From Eledone cirrhosa (taxonomy: Eukaryota), in assembly GCA_964016885.1 (NCBI GenBank), contig OZ024747.1:2108001-2172000 (forward strand): a stretch of 64,000 nt of DNA. The letters run 5' to 3'. Below are positions 12,905-26,459 of this stretch, one piece after another; positions within the stretch are counted from its first letter, which is position 1; every line of letters begins with the position of its first letter. Below the pieces are notes generated by a model. It was given only the letters and a program-made list of their open reading frames with translations, did no database searches and had not been told where the DNA came from. The position numbers were made by a program, and so were the translations under genes.

Positions 12905-13041
12905 GGGAATTTAAACTACTGATTAGATTGTGGTAGAGGAGATGACAAAAGAAGGTGACAAGTGGAGAGATGTCCTGCTGAGAAGGGCTCCTCCAACCCA
13001 TGCTAACATGGAAAAGTGGACATAAAAACGATGATGATGAT
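12905..13041 (+). mobile_element. RTE LINE extreme 3' end
   Basis: EEMTKEGDKWRDVL followed directly by CCAACCCATGCTAACATGGAAAAGTGGACAT..(GAT)n. Confidence 0.65.
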
Positions 13042-13199
13042 ATATATGTATTTTTAACTTCTCCACCTATGTTACTAATTTTTTATATTGTTTTTGTAAA
13101 AAATGATATCTATTTCATATATATATAATACAGAAGACTCCACCTCCCATGGGTACAAGCCCAAGCTGAAGCATATAGACAACATGCCCCACCCCCACC

Positions 13200-13411
13200 A
13201 ACTGCAAAGTGGTCGTGTAGGCACCACAGAAAAGAAAAAGCACCCAGCACTCACTGTAAATGAGGGCATCCAGCTGTAGAAATCAAGCCAGAATCAGTTC
13301 CCGTATGAGCAAGACAAGGTCAGCCGACCAGACACTGCCCACAACAAGACAACCCGTCTAACCCATGCTAGCGCGGAAGAATGGGCGTAAAACGGTGATG
13401 ATGATGATGAT
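13200..13411 (+). mobile_element. SINE family C with RTE-type (GAT)n tail
   Basis: GGGCATCCAGCTGTAGAAA...CCGTCTAACCCATGCTAGCGCGGAAG...(GAT)n. Confidence 0.7.
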
Positions 13412-13611
13412 ATATATATAAAATTAGCTTGTCCACCTAAGTTACATGTTTTAATGATATATTATTTTTCTAAAAAATCTTTCTTCTATCTTCTATCTGT
13501 ATCTCCTGATGAAGGGCTAAAACCTGATATGTTCAACTCTTTTCTCTACCTTTTATCTAGAGATAATATTAATTGTTCTGTATTTCTGTGTTGGCCTTAT
13601 TTTAAATATCT

Positions 13612-13765
13612 TACCTTCCATACACATGCACACATGTGTATATCATGACTCACGCACTGTTCAATTTCCTGACGTTTGTGCATTACCCTATGTACTATAT
13701 ATACACTTTTGATGAGTTGTAGTGCACCTGAGCACTGTACACAATATTTCATTATTATTATTATT
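13612..13765 (+). mobile_element. CR1 LINE 3' UTR fragment with (ATT)n tail
   Basis: Matches the 3' UTR of the CR1 at 30577-30720 (GAGTTGTAGTGCACCTGAGCACTGTACACAAT); a shorter copy lies at 50085-50140. Confidence 0.75.
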
Positions 13766-13780
13766 AATCATTATCATCGG

Positions 13781-13976
13781 TGGATTGGCAGTAACGGTAG
13801 AGGGTCGGACGCCATGCATTGATGCATCGAGTTACGGCCCTTGCCATTCTGAGTTCAAATCCCGCCGAGGTTAACTTTGCCTTTCATCCTTATGGGGTCG
13901 ATAAAATAAAGTACCAGTAATGTACTGGCGTTATTGCTGGCCTTGTGCCAAAAAGTAGAAACAATTATTATTATTA
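13781..13976 (+). mobile_element. SINE family A, full length
   Basis: tRNA-like head, B-box GAGTTCAAATCC, family body and (TTA)n tail; nearly identical to 61678-61862. Confidence 0.85.
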
Positions 13977-14015
13977 TCATTGGTTAACGTCCATCTTCCA
14001 CGCTAGCATGGGTTA

Positions 14016-14297
14016 GATGATGGTGGTGATGGTGGTGGTGGTGGTGGTGGTGGTGATGGTGGTGGTGGTGGTGGTGGTGGTGTCAGTGGTGGTGGTGGTG
14101 GTGGTGATGGTGGTGATGGTGGTGGTGGTGGTGGTGGTGGTGGTGATGGTGGTGGTGGTGGTGATGGTGGTGATGGTGATGGTGGTGGTGGTGATGGTGG
14201 TGATGGTGATGGTGGTGATGGTGGTGGTGGTGGTGATGATGGTGGTGGTGGTGGTAGTGGTGATGGTGATGGTGATGGTGGTGGTGATGGTGGTGAT
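14016..14297. repeat. (GGT/GAT)n trinucleotide tract
   Basis: Direct reading; gives the poly-V/poly-H ORFs. Confidence 0.95.
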
Positions 14298-14673
14298 TAG
14301 GAGAGATATAACTCTGTATATCTCTCCTCATCTCTTACTCTCCCTATAACAATGTCTCTCTCTCTCTATCAATCTGTTTCTCCTTCTAACCCCCCCCTCT
14401 CTTCCCTCTCTATTCCTCTCTTTCTTCATTTTCCTTTTTTATTTATTTGCTTCTTTCTTTCCTTTTTTTTCTTACTTTTTCTTTCATTTTTTTTCTTACT
14501 TTTTCTTTCATTCTTTATTTCTTTTTTTTTGTTTATTTCTTTCTTTTATTTCTTCCTCTCCTTCTCTCTCTCCTTCTCTCTCCATCACTCCTCCTTCCTT
14601 CACACATTCTTTCATTCCTTCCATTTTTCTTCCTATTCTCTCTCCAAACTTTCTTTGAACTCTTCTCTCTCTC

Positions 14674-14744
<71 letters not shown>

Positions 14745-15010
14745 ATTTGTGTGCGTGTGTATTTATGTGTGTGTATTTATGTGTGTATTTATGTGCGTGC
14801 GTGTGTGTGTATGTGTGTATGTGTGTGTGTGTATATATGTTTGTGCGCGTGTGTGTATGTGGGTATGTGTGTGTGTATATATGTGTGTGTGTGTGTATTT
14901 ATGTGTGTGAGTGTCTGTGTGTGTGTATCTATCGATCTGTCTAGTTACTTCTCTTTTCCTTATTTTTTCTCTCACTCTGTAGAAGTTGTCTCATTCTCTC
15001 TCTTGCAAAC

Positions 15011-15049
<39 letters not shown>

Positions 15050-15119
15050 TGGTGCAAGAAGTAAGAAAACAGTTCTCCTGTGTTCATAAACACAGCAGCA
15101 GCTGAAGAAGCCGGCTTCT

Positions 15120-15123
15120 TAGT

Positions 15124-15158
<35 letters not shown>

Positions 15159-15304
15159 TAGTAGTAGCAGCAGTAGTAGTGGTAGTAGTATCAATAGTAG
15201 TGGTAGTAGTAGTAGTAGTATCAATAGTAGTGGTAGTAGTAGTAGTAGTAGTATCAATTATAGTAGTAGTAGTAGTATCAGTAGTAGTGGTAGTAGTACT
15301 AGTA
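15120..15304. repeat. (AGT/AGC)n trinucleotide tract
   Basis: Direct reading. Confidence 0.9.
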
Positions 15305-15745
15305 AAAGCCATTTATATTATTATCAGGGTTTCACTCATCACCACACCATAACTATGCTGTATCCTCTTTTAACCAATTCCATTTCTATATCTGCCCCCC
15401 CCCCCCTATCACTTGACCTGTACATTGTCCATTTCCACTCAAGACCACCCACTTACAATGGCATGGACAGCTATGTCCGGTCCCCTGGTATACTTCTACA
15501 TCTTCCCCTGCACCCAGAAACAGATCAAATGGGACCACTCATCCTCCCAAACTTGGCTTACCTAACCAGACCACAACCACCAGGGAGACAGACATTATCA
15601 GACTACAGCTGTCATATTACATAGTTTCTACAACAGATTACAACAGCCACTATATGGGGTGACAAACATTATCAGGCTACAGCTGTCATATAAAGTAGTT
15701 TCTATATATGAAATTAAAGCCAAAGCTTGGATGCAAGACTGACCA

Positions 15746-16025
15746 TTTGAAAGTAGGTTTATAATTATCAATTTTCAATATACCTTTGTAACTGTCTCTG
15801 TGGCCTAGTTGGAGGAGTCACAGACAGTAGTGATCCTGGTCTGAAGTTCAATCCTGGTCGGGAGTAAGATTCCTGGTCAACCTTTTCAGTTTTTTGTAAA
15901 ATCAAAACAGAAAAAGGTTACAGGATTGAACCCAAGACCTCCACCATCTCTAGTACTTACCGTTAGGCCACAGACACAACTACAAATATCTTATGAAAAT
16001 TCATACTTATAAACCTACTTTCAAA
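15746..16025. mobile_element. MITE-like element with long TIRs enclosing two convergent tRNA-like units
   Basis: TTTGAAAGTAGGTTTATA...TATAAACCTACTTTCAAA termini; A and B boxes on both strands; second copy at 43945-44260. Confidence 0.8.
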
Positions 16026-16674
16026 ATTTTCAAAGGAAAGTGTTGTGGTGTCGTTCATGTCTTTCTTAATGTTATTGCTCCTACTTAAGGTCGACTTCTA
16101 AATCATTTGGGTGTTCCAAAAACTACATCCTCGTTTTGTTTCACATCTATCTAGACTACATTTTAACCTGTAATCCATGTTTCATTTCTGTTCCACCTCT
16201 TTTCTCTCCCTCCTCTGTACAACCTCTGATTCCAGCTATTTGCACTATATTTTGGTTTCTAGTAATTCCCTGGGGAATTGGTTGACCAAATTATATTTGA
16301 TATCTAACATTTTTTTCAGTGTCATTTAGAGTAGTTTTTGTTTCAAAACTCTAAAATGTAATTATTTTTTTTAGCCATTTTAACCGTTTTATAAAGTTTC
16401 AACAAGTTTTTCAAATTTTTGTCTACTTTCTTTTAGCGTTATTTTACAAAGGTAGTTATCTAACATACAAATCAAATGAAACATATGTATGTATATAATA
16501 AATATGCCTCTCTCTCTCTCTCTCTCTCTTTTTTTTTTTCTCTCTCTATTAAACATATATTTCTCAATTTATATATATATATATATGAATCTCAGGTTCA
16601 ATCGGGGGTAACCACAGTAAATAAGGTATTCAATACATTAGTAGAGTGTATACAACAAAATATAATATAGAAAT

Positions 16675-16725
16675 GGCTTCTACAGGACTAGAACTGTTTC
16701 ATTCGAAGAAAATCATCAGGAAAGC
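16675..16725 (-). ncRNA. Minimal type I hammerhead motif in a (TA)n-flanked element (16588-16750)
   Basis: GCTTTC-CTGATGA-TTTTCTTCGAAT-GAAA-CAG.ttctagtc.CTG-TA-GAAGC; core intact, stem II closing pair decayed; homologues at 11664-11722 (-) and 39851-39985 (+). Confidence 0.6.
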
Positions 16726-17519
16726 TTTCCTAATGTTTTCCTAATGTTTTTGTTATATATATATATACACACACACACATATATATACACATCTATACAT
16801 ATATACATATCCTTTTCAGCACAGGTAGTTGTGCAATAAATAAATCATTGCAACATATTTTATTTTTTACACATTTTAGAAAATGTCTTTCGACCTTACA
16901 ATTTCAAAATTTGGAAACTACAATTAAGGTTAAGATTATAGTTTAGAGTTATGGTTATGGTTCAGGTTTTGGTTATGAGTTAAAGTTAGGGCTAAATGGA
17001 GAATGGGAGTTGTAAAAAAGACCTTGTTCCAAGATATTGTTCACATCTGTGCAAAAAGATATCTTAAATGCTGTATAGGTGCATGTTCTTCCAAAGAAAA
17101 ATTAATAAGTTATATAACATTTTCTGAAATCTGAAATTTCAGACAGAAAAATCTAAGAATATTGCATACCCTCAAGCACTAAAATAGAAACTGGAAAATT
17201 TTTCTGATTAGAAAAATAATTAATTCAGAGTAATTATGCAAATTAGTACAGTATTTTGAATTAAGATGTATGTTTTACAGAACAAAAAACAAAAAAATAT
17301 TATGGCAAAATTCTATTTTTGGTTTCATGTTTTTAAAAAAATTTTTTTCAGCACTTTTCTGAATTGCTTAAATGCAACTTTCCAAGACCAACTGAAGATT
17401 GTTAATTATTTTAAAGCTAGTTATCCAAAAGTCAATGAATTAATGTGATTATATCTATTTTAGGTGTTAAACTCAAACAACACACACTTATCTATATCAT
17501 TATTTAACAAAAGTAGGGC

Positions 17520-17703
17520 AGTGCATTGGCAGTATCGGTTGAGGGTCGGACGCCATGCTTTGCAGCATAGAGTTACGGTCCTTTATGATCTAAGTTCAAA
17601 TCCCGCCGAGGTTAACTTTGCATTTCATCCTAATGGGATTGATTTAATCGATTTTCCCCTTCCCCCAAATTGCTGGCCTTATGCCTATATAAGAAACCAT
17701 TAT
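17520..17703 (+). mobile_element. SINE family A with internal deletion
   Basis: Same head, body and tail as 511-711. Confidence 0.8.
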
Positions 17704-18081
17704 TTAACAAAAGTATGTTTTCCCTGCTACCAAAGTTTGGGAACACACATTTATATATATTGAAACACTTATACTTATAATACATATATATGTATATAAT
17801 TAAAAAAAGCCTGTTTGGCTAAGTGGTAGAATATGAATTGAAAATAGGGGTGCACAGTACAAAGACAATGGAAAAAAACAATGGAAAGACGGACAGTCCA
17901 ATTTCCTCAGTCAAATTCTGGATATCACTATGGTTTTGGTGCATTAAGGTTGATACTGTTGATTCCAGTACACATTGGGACATAACAAAACAGATAATGA
18001 CAAAGACAGGACAAGTTATGCCTTTAAGCAAATTACACAGATATAGATGAAAAAGTACCCCAAGTACATCAACTGACAGAG

Positions 18082-19394
18082 AAAAGAGAGAATGGTGCAG
18101 GAGGGCTCAACCAAAGGAGAGAATGGTGCAGGAGGGCTCAACCAAAGGAGAGAATGGTGCAGGAGGGCTCAACCAAAAGAGAGAATGGTGCAGGAGGGCT
18201 CAACCAAAGGAGAGAATGGTGCAGGAGGGCTCAACCAAAGGAGAGAATGGTGCAGGAGGGCTCAACCAAAAGAGAGAATGGTGCAGGAGGGCTCAACCAA
18301 AGGAGAGAATGGTGCAGGAGGGCTCAACCAAAGGAGAGAATGGTGCAGGAGGGCTCAACCAAAGGAGAGAATGGTGCAGGAGGGCTCAACCAAAAGAGAG
18401 AATGGTGCAGGAGGGCTCAACCAAAAGAGAGAATGGTGCAGGAGGGCTCAACCAAAGGAGAGAATGGTGCAGGAGGGCTCAACCAAAGGAGAGAATGGTG
18501 CAGGAGGGCTCAACCAAAAGAGAGAATGGTGCAGGAGGGCTCAACCAAAAGAGAGAATGGTGCAGGAGGGCTCAACCAAAGGAGAGAATGGTGCAGGAGG
18601 GCTCAACCAAAAGAGAGAATGGTGCAGGAGGGCTCAACCAAAAGAGAGAATGGTGCAGGAGGGCTCAACCAAAGGAGAGAATGGTGCAGGAGGGCTCAAC
18701 CAAAGGAGAGAATGGTGCAGGAGGGCTCAACCAAAAGAGAGAATGGTGCAGGAGGGCTCAACCAAAGGAGAGAATGGTGCAGGAGGGCTCAACCAAAGGA
18801 GAGAATGGTGCAGGAGGGCTCAACCAAAAGAGAGAATGGTGCAGGAGGGCTCAACCAAAGGAGAGAATGGTGCAGGAGGGCTCAACCAAAGGAGAGAATG
18901 GTGCAGGAGGGCTCAACCAAAGGAGAGAATGGTGCAGGAGGGCTCAACCAAAAGAGAGAATGGTGCAGGAGGGCTCAACCAAAGGAGAGAATGGTGCAGG
19001 AGGGCTCAACCAAAAGAGAGAATGGTGCAGGAGGGCTCAACCAAAGGAGAGAATGGTGCAGGAGGGCTCAACCAAAGGAGAGAATGGTGCAGGAGGGCTC
19101 AACCAAAGGAGAGAATGGTGCAGGAGGGCTCAACCAAAAGAGAGAATGGTGCAGGAGGGCTCAACCAAAGGAGAGAATGGTGCAGGAGGGCTCAACCAAA
19201 AGAGAGAATGGTGCAGGAGGGCTCAACCAAAGGAGAGAATGGTGCAGGAGGGCTCAACCAAAAGAGAGAATGGTGCAGGAGGGCTCAACCAAAGGAGAGA
19301 ATGGTGCAGGAGGGCTCAACCAAAAGAGAGAATGGTGCAGGAGGGCTCAACCAAAGGAGAGAATGGTGCACATGGATTCAACCAAAGGAGAGAA
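18082..19394. repeat. Minisatellite, 31-bp unit GAGAGAATGGTGCAGGAGGGCTCAACCAAA(A/G), about 42 copies
   Basis: Direct reading; the unit has no stop on +, so all three frames are open. Confidence 0.98.
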
Positions 19395-20784
19395 ACACAA
19401 AAGAGAATAATATGGACTACAGTCCAATGTACAGACAAAATAACACTGAGGTGTAGAAAAGGAAGGAAGGGAGAATAGGGAAAGATAGACATGATAGTTT
19501 AAAAAAAACCCTCACATGGTTAAGTCTGCAGTTTTGCTTCCTTACATTATAAGTTTAAATTCCACCAATATTATATATATCAATTTGGTGGTAAACTTAG
19601 TCTGTCACCTAGTTTAACACAACGACTTGGCCTCAGGGTAAGTTTAGCAGAGTTCACTCTGTTACAAGCATTCTTACCAAGAACCCAGTTTTAGGATATC
19701 TTTTTCCCTCCCTCCCACTAGTTTCACAAGCCCCGAAAAGGGTTGCAGGTACTGCTCCTGACTAAACATTAAAAAAAGTGTTTTACTTAAACTTAATTAT
19801 TCATATACTCTACAGTAGTGATGGAGAAAAAGTTTATATTACTCTATTAATGATAACAGTTCTTCTTTCTTTGGCTTCAAGATGGAAAGAAATACAAAGT
19901 TTGTGATAAAGAAAAACCTGGAATTCTTCTACTAATTGTTAACTGTAAAAATTATTTCCATACATTTCAAACTGTGCCCCAGGTTGTTTTCTGATATTTC
20001 AAACTGTTCTATGATTTCAATTCTTCTAACTGAAGAATCTCACAATACAAGGGTGTATTGACTTTTCTTATCTTGCACTGACACAAACAAAATGCCTTGA
20101 GAATAAACTAAATTGAATTGATAGGTAGAAGATTTAACCAGAAACAAACAGGAATCCTTTGCTCTGCTATTGATATTTTCAATAGAGCTCCAATCCATTG
20201 CTTTGGTAAAGGAAGTTGTATGGATTTTTCAATGGTGTGTGAATTGTTCCTGTCATTGCTGCTGTCATAACCAGCAGTGGTATAATGTCTCAAGCAATCC
20301 TTCTAACATAATGATAATCCTCCTCCTCATCATCACCACCATCATCACCATCATATATATATATATATAGAGAGAGAAATAGTTGCATTGATGATGATAA
20401 TGTCATTGATGTCATTATCCTCACCACAACCACTACTACCATCTCCTCCACCATCACCATCACCATCACCATCATCTTAATGTTTTTAAAACTACTAAAG
20501 TCACCAACATCAGTGACATTCTTAATATTGATTTTTCTTATTTAAGGAAAGTTGTTTCTGTTGTTTCTGTTGTTTCTGTTGTTTCTGTTGTTTCTGTTGT
20601 TATTTAACCCAGGGTCAACCCTGGTCAATCCTATTACTGTAGACATTCCAGCTGTATCTGTTCTGTCCCTTTGTAGGTCTATCATTACAATATGTCCACC
20701 AGAGAATGGCTTTGGGGAGATTTGGCTGCTATTTTAAGCAGGGTGAGTGATTACATTAACCCTTTAGTATTTAAACCATCACTG

Positions 20785-21230
20785 AACTATTTACTGACCA
20801 TTTTACATATAACTCCACCTTTGCTTTGGTGAGACCCCTAATGGATTATTGCATTCATATCTGGGATGGTGGAATTTTCACACACACAAACACCGTAGAC
20901 TGCACCCAGAATAAAAGTTATTCAATTTATTGGCATAAAGTCATTCCAAGACATTCTCCAGTTTCCAGCCCACAAATATGCCGACTTCTTCCTTTGCCTT
21001 TTCTAACAAAGTTACAATGGTCTCTGGTCCATAGAACTGGTCTTCTACCACCATTATCTGAGCATTCCTTCCTCCTGTCATCACCCATGTTAGGTTTAAC
21101 CCTCAAACCTCACAGAAGTTGCTGCTCTCAGTCTTTTTATTCCAGGATGTCAGCTTTTTAGATGTCTTTCTTAGATTATGTCTTTCCTTCAGTTTAAGCA
21201 GAACATCAATAGCATCAATCTCACTTGTCT
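20785..21230 (+). mobile_element. Decayed non-LTR retrotransposon ORF2 C-terminus (CR1/L2/Jockey group)
   Basis: LVRPLMDYCIHIWDG..YNGLWSIEL..SQSFYSRMSAF; matches the RP.MEYC..IW.G and FF.R...LWN.LP patterns. Confidence 0.7.
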
Positions 21231-22510
21231 CAGAGGGTCTGTGAAGGCCATGAAAGTCATTTTTTTCTCCAGATCAACAAGTAAAACTCCAAAAACTTTA
21301 AAAATGTTATAGTTCAGAATTAGAAGTGAATAGTTATTTTTCTACTCTGGCTTGTTGTTATACACTATTTCAAACCTAATTATTTTTTACATAAACGTAG
21401 CCGTTCCCATAAAGAAAATCTTGTATCCTACATAACTTTAGTATTCATCAGCTTCTTTCAGTGAAGTGATCATATCTGATGACTTAATCTGAAGAGGTTT
21501 ATAGTAAATATTTTCCAAGCCAAACTTAACTTTTACCAATTCTTATGTTCAGCTAAAATAGGTTCAACATTAACGATTCAGCTTCTATAATTTACTTTGC
21601 CTTTCTAGAAATATTAAAGTTAATTTTGAAGTGACCACTAAAATAACTGAGATCTTCTGAGTTCACATCATTGAGATCAACTTAGTCTTTCATTTTTTTT
21701 GTTGTGGTTGATAGAATAAAATACCAGTGATTTAATAAGATCAATCTAATCTATTACTTGTGGCTGTGTAAGAAATTAATATTTTATATATGGATAATCT
21801 GTAGAATTAGATAGAATTCTTCATCTACATAATTAATTAGTCTTGCTATTGATTTCTATAATCTCTACATAAAATGATGAAACTTTATATTTTTCTCCAA
21901 AGTAGAAGTACTATCCTCAGAATTGCGCTAATAACATTGGCAACTTACAAATATTCTTTTATTAAAATTTGTTTTCACAGAATTAAAACACAGAGAGAAA
22001 TGATTACTATTTGCATATAAAAGGAAAATTTCTTCTTTTCTTTTTTTTTGAAAAAGTGTAATTTATTCAAAATCTAAATAGAACTCGGAGACTTCTATTG
22101 AATATTAATAAATACTTGATAGTTTTTTTATTTGTTATTTTTACATAAAATATTTTCACACATATTTAGTTTGGTTTAGTTTGCAGCAAATTTTCTATGA
22201 TGGCTTGCCATTATTTAAATTCTCTGTTTCTGGTTAAGACAAGAAGAAAATGGAATTTAAGTAAACAAAGCCATTCTTTTAGCTGGCATTGTTCACTGGT
22301 TAAAAATCCTGTCATGAACTCACCTTGCAACAGATGTGCTATTAATTTTACTTATGCTGGCAATGTCTTAAGAAGCAGCTTTTATATATATATATATTTT
22401 ATCACCATAGTTTTAATGTCTACTTTCCCATTAAAATGATGATGATGATGATAATATACATACATATATATATGCATCTCTCTCTATTTCTATCACACTC
22501 TCTCTCTTAG

Positions 22511-22549
<39 letters not shown>

Positions 22550-23647
22550 ATAAACAGATTTCTAAAGTTTCCTTTTATTAAATTCTACGGACAACATATT
22601 GTTTGACTTGATATCATGGCAGATGGTACTTTCTATGTGATGGGATCAAATCCTGTGGTGAAGTACACTTCTTAACCACACAGTAACGTCTATGTTTCTC
22701 CTGTATTTGTCTTCTTACATAGATTTTATTTACTTATAGAGTTAGTTGTTCCTTTGGTAGAGCAGCAGGAACATTATTGAAACCAATGGATGTCTAATAA
22801 TATTACATAGAAATGAAAACTTAAAAGGAAAAGATTTAAAAAAATGAGAAAGCAAACGAGGATTAAGGATTAGGGTTTTGTAAAGAAAACATTAGTTGTG
22901 TTGGAGGCATGCTTGTAGAAAATATATTTTGTTTTTTCTACAATATATAATATGTTATGTAGAAAATAATTAATGTTATAAGCTCTGACGGAAATGAACT
23001 AAAAGTGAGAAAACTAAGAAATGACAAAAGAAAGATGGGTTGTAGAAATATGTGACAGCACATTGAAAGAGAAAGATGTATAATACATGAATGATGATGA
23101 TGATGATGGTGGTTATAGTGGTGATGATAATGATGATGATGATAGTGGTGTTAGTGGTGATGATAATGATGATGATGGTGATTATGTTGCTGCTGCTGCT
23201 AATGATGCTGAACTTGTGATATCTGAAATAATATTCCTAAAGGCCTGCAGTAGATTCCTGTGACAATAATATCAACTGTTTAGTTATTTACTGCAGACTT
23301 GATGATATACACAGAAAAACCTTACAATGAGCAGATTGTTTTAAAGAGAAATTCCTGCTGTGTTACTGTGTAACATCAAATACTACAGAGTAGAAGCTAT
23401 GAAGGTGTTGCATTTCAAATTAGCAACCACCCAACAAAATCTTTTAAAGCTTTCTATTTTAAAATGTTATTTCTCAGAATTTAGTAATGTTTTATCATTT
23501 ATTACATATTTGCAGAAAAATGTTTCCTGCATTTATTGATACATAAAATATTGGATTTATATAATAAATCATAAAAGAAAAGTCACATAGAGCTGTGAAA
23601 CTGTTCATCCATATGTAAGGAAAGACTGGAATTAGTTTAAATTGATT

Positions 23648-24305
23648 TCATCACCATTTAACATCCATTTTCCATGCTAGCATGGGCAGTGCCGGATTTA
23701 ATAGGGGGCAAAGGAGGCAATTTCCCTGGGCCTGCTGCAATGGGGTGGGATGGGGGCACCAGTGATGGCCGTAGCAATTTATTTGCAACCTCAGCTGGGC
23801 TTTTTAGTTTTAAGATGGTTAGAACTTTAGAATTTAATACCTGTATGTATAACTTTTCAATTCCAATTACTTGTACCAAACTAACTTTGATATGTGAAAT
23901 TGGGGGTTGGCTGTGTATTCTAATTTTTTGTGTATGAAGGGCTCCCCCAAACCTGAAGTGACCTGGGCCCACTAAGGTCTAAATCCAGCCTTGAACATGG
24001 GTTAGATGATTTGTCTCGTTGTGAGACAAGCCAGATCAAATGAACATGTTTTGCTCATACACATCTGATTTTTGTTTGGTTTCTATGGCTGGATGCCCTT
24101 CCTAATGCCAACCACATTTACTGTGCATACTGGATGCTTTTTGTCATGACACCGACACAATCACTTTACAGTGAGTACTGGGAGCCTTTTATCATGTCAC
24201 CAACACATCCACTTTACAGTGTGAACATGACACCGACACACCACTTTAAGCATGGGCTGTCCACTTTTGTAGTGGCACCAAAACAACAACTTTACAGTGT
24301 GAACT
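23648..24305 (-). mobile_element. SINE family C (interrupted by the hAT MITE) with internal ~45-bp degenerate repeats
   Basis: CATCCATTTTCCATGCTAGCATGGG|GTTAGATG...GGCTGGATGCCCTTCCTAATGCCAACCAC, then several ACTTTACAGTG units. Confidence 0.7.
23687..23993 (+). mobile_element. hAT-type MITE inserted into a family C SINE tail
   Basis: TIRs CAGTGCCGGATTTA / TAAATCCAGCCTTG; 8-bp TSD AGCATGGG / AACATGGG; inverted copy at 54434. Confidence 0.85.
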
Positions 24306-25279
24306 GATCATCATCACCAGTTAATGGCTGAGGCCAGACTTTTTCAACAATAACAAAGCCAGATCTTTGCTCATATATTTTGATGATGACATTGTTAAAG
24401 TCCCAAAATAGCTTCACCTCTTCCGACTTACCACAGAATCAGGCTGTAAGTTGAAACACTTTTCTCTCATACTCATGTATATGCTGAGAAATATATGACA
24501 GAAATACGAATGTTAAAAAGGTGCCAAAATCACTGGAATGATACATATGAATACTTCCAGTAATTTATGTGAGGAAAAATGACAATATCTTAAATACTTC
24601 TAATAAAACATATTTGAAAATATATCTGCAACATACGCAATTTAACAGAAAAGTAAAAGTTGTGAAGAAACAAATTTAGGTGGGGGAAGTACACTGTAGT
24701 TATACACACACACACACATATGTATATATATATATATCTTGTCTAATGAAAAATTGTTGTGATAAATATAAAAACTTACAAACATACTTTTATAAATATA
24801 TTGAAACATTGACACAATCACAGATACATAAATTTATAATATTGCATAGACAGTGACATACACTTAGGACCACATAACCATAAACAGTCTACATATGTGT
24901 GTTTATTGAATACATACATGCATTTTATTCAATTTGAATGTTAAATAAAAACCTATTTTATTTGGAAGATGGCACTATTGTTGTCTGCTAAAAGGAAGAA
25001 AAAAAAATTGTGAAACTTGTTGAAACTTTATAAAACGGATGAAATAGTAAAAAAACTCATTATGTAATTGAGTTGTGAAACAAAAACTCTTTTCGAACTG
25101 ACACTTAAAACATTTTAGCTACCAAAATATTAAAACTTCATAAAAATATACTTCACTCATAGGAATTTACAAAACTGTACCATCTAAACATAGTTAATTA
25201 GCTACTTTAACTTATAGATGGAATTTCTAACTTCACAGTGGGATGAAACTCCTGCAAAGTTCAGAGCCTCTTTGCACAA

Positions 25280-25480
25280 TATACACAACATGTCTATTAA
25301 AGGCCCCAGTCAATATGAGAGTATCAGTATCATTCATGATTGATGTAGACTGCAGCAAATCCTCATAGGAGTGGTACTTCTGTTCATCTGCAAGTCCAGT
25401 TTGTGGATCATGTACAGAAGACAATTGTAACAATTAGCCTATTCTCAGCTTAATTACCAAACTCTGTCTATCTTGATATC
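25280..25480 (-). mobile_element. RTE LINE AP-endonuclease fragment
   Basis: SSVHDPQTGLADEQKYHSYEDL...LILTGAFNRHV matches S.YAPQ.G.....K..FY..L...GDFNGHV. Confidence 0.75.
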
Positions 25481-26139
25481 TACCTATTATACCATTATAT
25501 ATTTAATATTAATTCAGGCAGAGACATAATATAGTAGCTAAAACATTCATTTCACAACATCATGGCATCACCTTGGACAAATATCTTCAACTGTAGCAAT
25601 AGGCTGAACAATAATTTGTGAGGGAATTTGGCAGATGGAAACTCTAAAGTTTATACATACATATATATATATATATACAAGCAAATTATAAACATATATA
25701 TATACATACAAACATATACATATTTATATTAGAGCCATCATTTGCAATTGAGTATGTCTTGATAGCATTTACCATATTTTTACTGAGATGTGTCGGTGCC
25801 CATGCAGTTGTGATCAGATTTTTTATACTCCTTCATTCTACCTGAACATCTAGGATATGACAGCTGGAAGGAAAGCGTGCTGCACTAACACCGGGCTAGT
25901 ACTTTATTTATCAACCTCAAAAGGATATTGGAATAAATAGCCAGATAAATGGGAATAGGAAACTCTGAGTAAAGGCTTTCAAAATGGCTGATCTAAATAG
26001 ATCTTATGCAATGTAGTCTACTCCGTATTGTTATGTTTCAGTCTTAATTATTAATTCAATTATAAGGCTAATTGGTTGCCATAACCAGTACACAGTTGGA
26101 CAAAATTCCCTTGTGGTAATTGTTCTGGATCAAATCCTA

Positions 26140-26283
26140 AGTTCAAATCCTGCTGAAATTAACTTTGCCTTTTATCCTTCCAGGGTCAAGAAAATAAAGT
26201 ACCAGTGAAATATTGGGGTTGATATAATCGACCTTCCCTCCCCACTAATTGCTGGCCTTGTACCTAAATCAGAAACCATTATT
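26140..26283 (+). mobile_element. SINE family A
   Basis: AGTTCAAATCC B-box, family body, AGAAACCATTATT end. Confidence 0.8.
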
Positions 26284-26459
26284 AATTCAATGAGATCTAT
26301 TTTCTGATTTGCATAAAAGAAACTCTTTAATCTCCATCAATAGCCACTTCAGAGATTCTGCCAACGAGGGAGCTTTATATGGTTAATTGGCTTGCTAGAT
26401 ATAGCAACTAATTTCATTTCAATATATCCTCCTATATTAAAATAACTTGTAGAAATCAT

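Noticed and set aside
13500-13545. Hammerhead at CTGATGAAGGGCTAAAACCTGATATG
   Set aside because: GAAA is absent and stems I and III cannot be formed; at best a heavily decayed remnant.
16925-16992. Telomere-like GGTTA/TTAGGG-type hexamer run
   Set aside because: Short and highly degenerate; only one exact TTAGGG.
18092-19478. Three overlapping 420-450 aa ORFs
   Set aside because: A stop-free 31-bp unit gives the same peptide cycle in all three frames.
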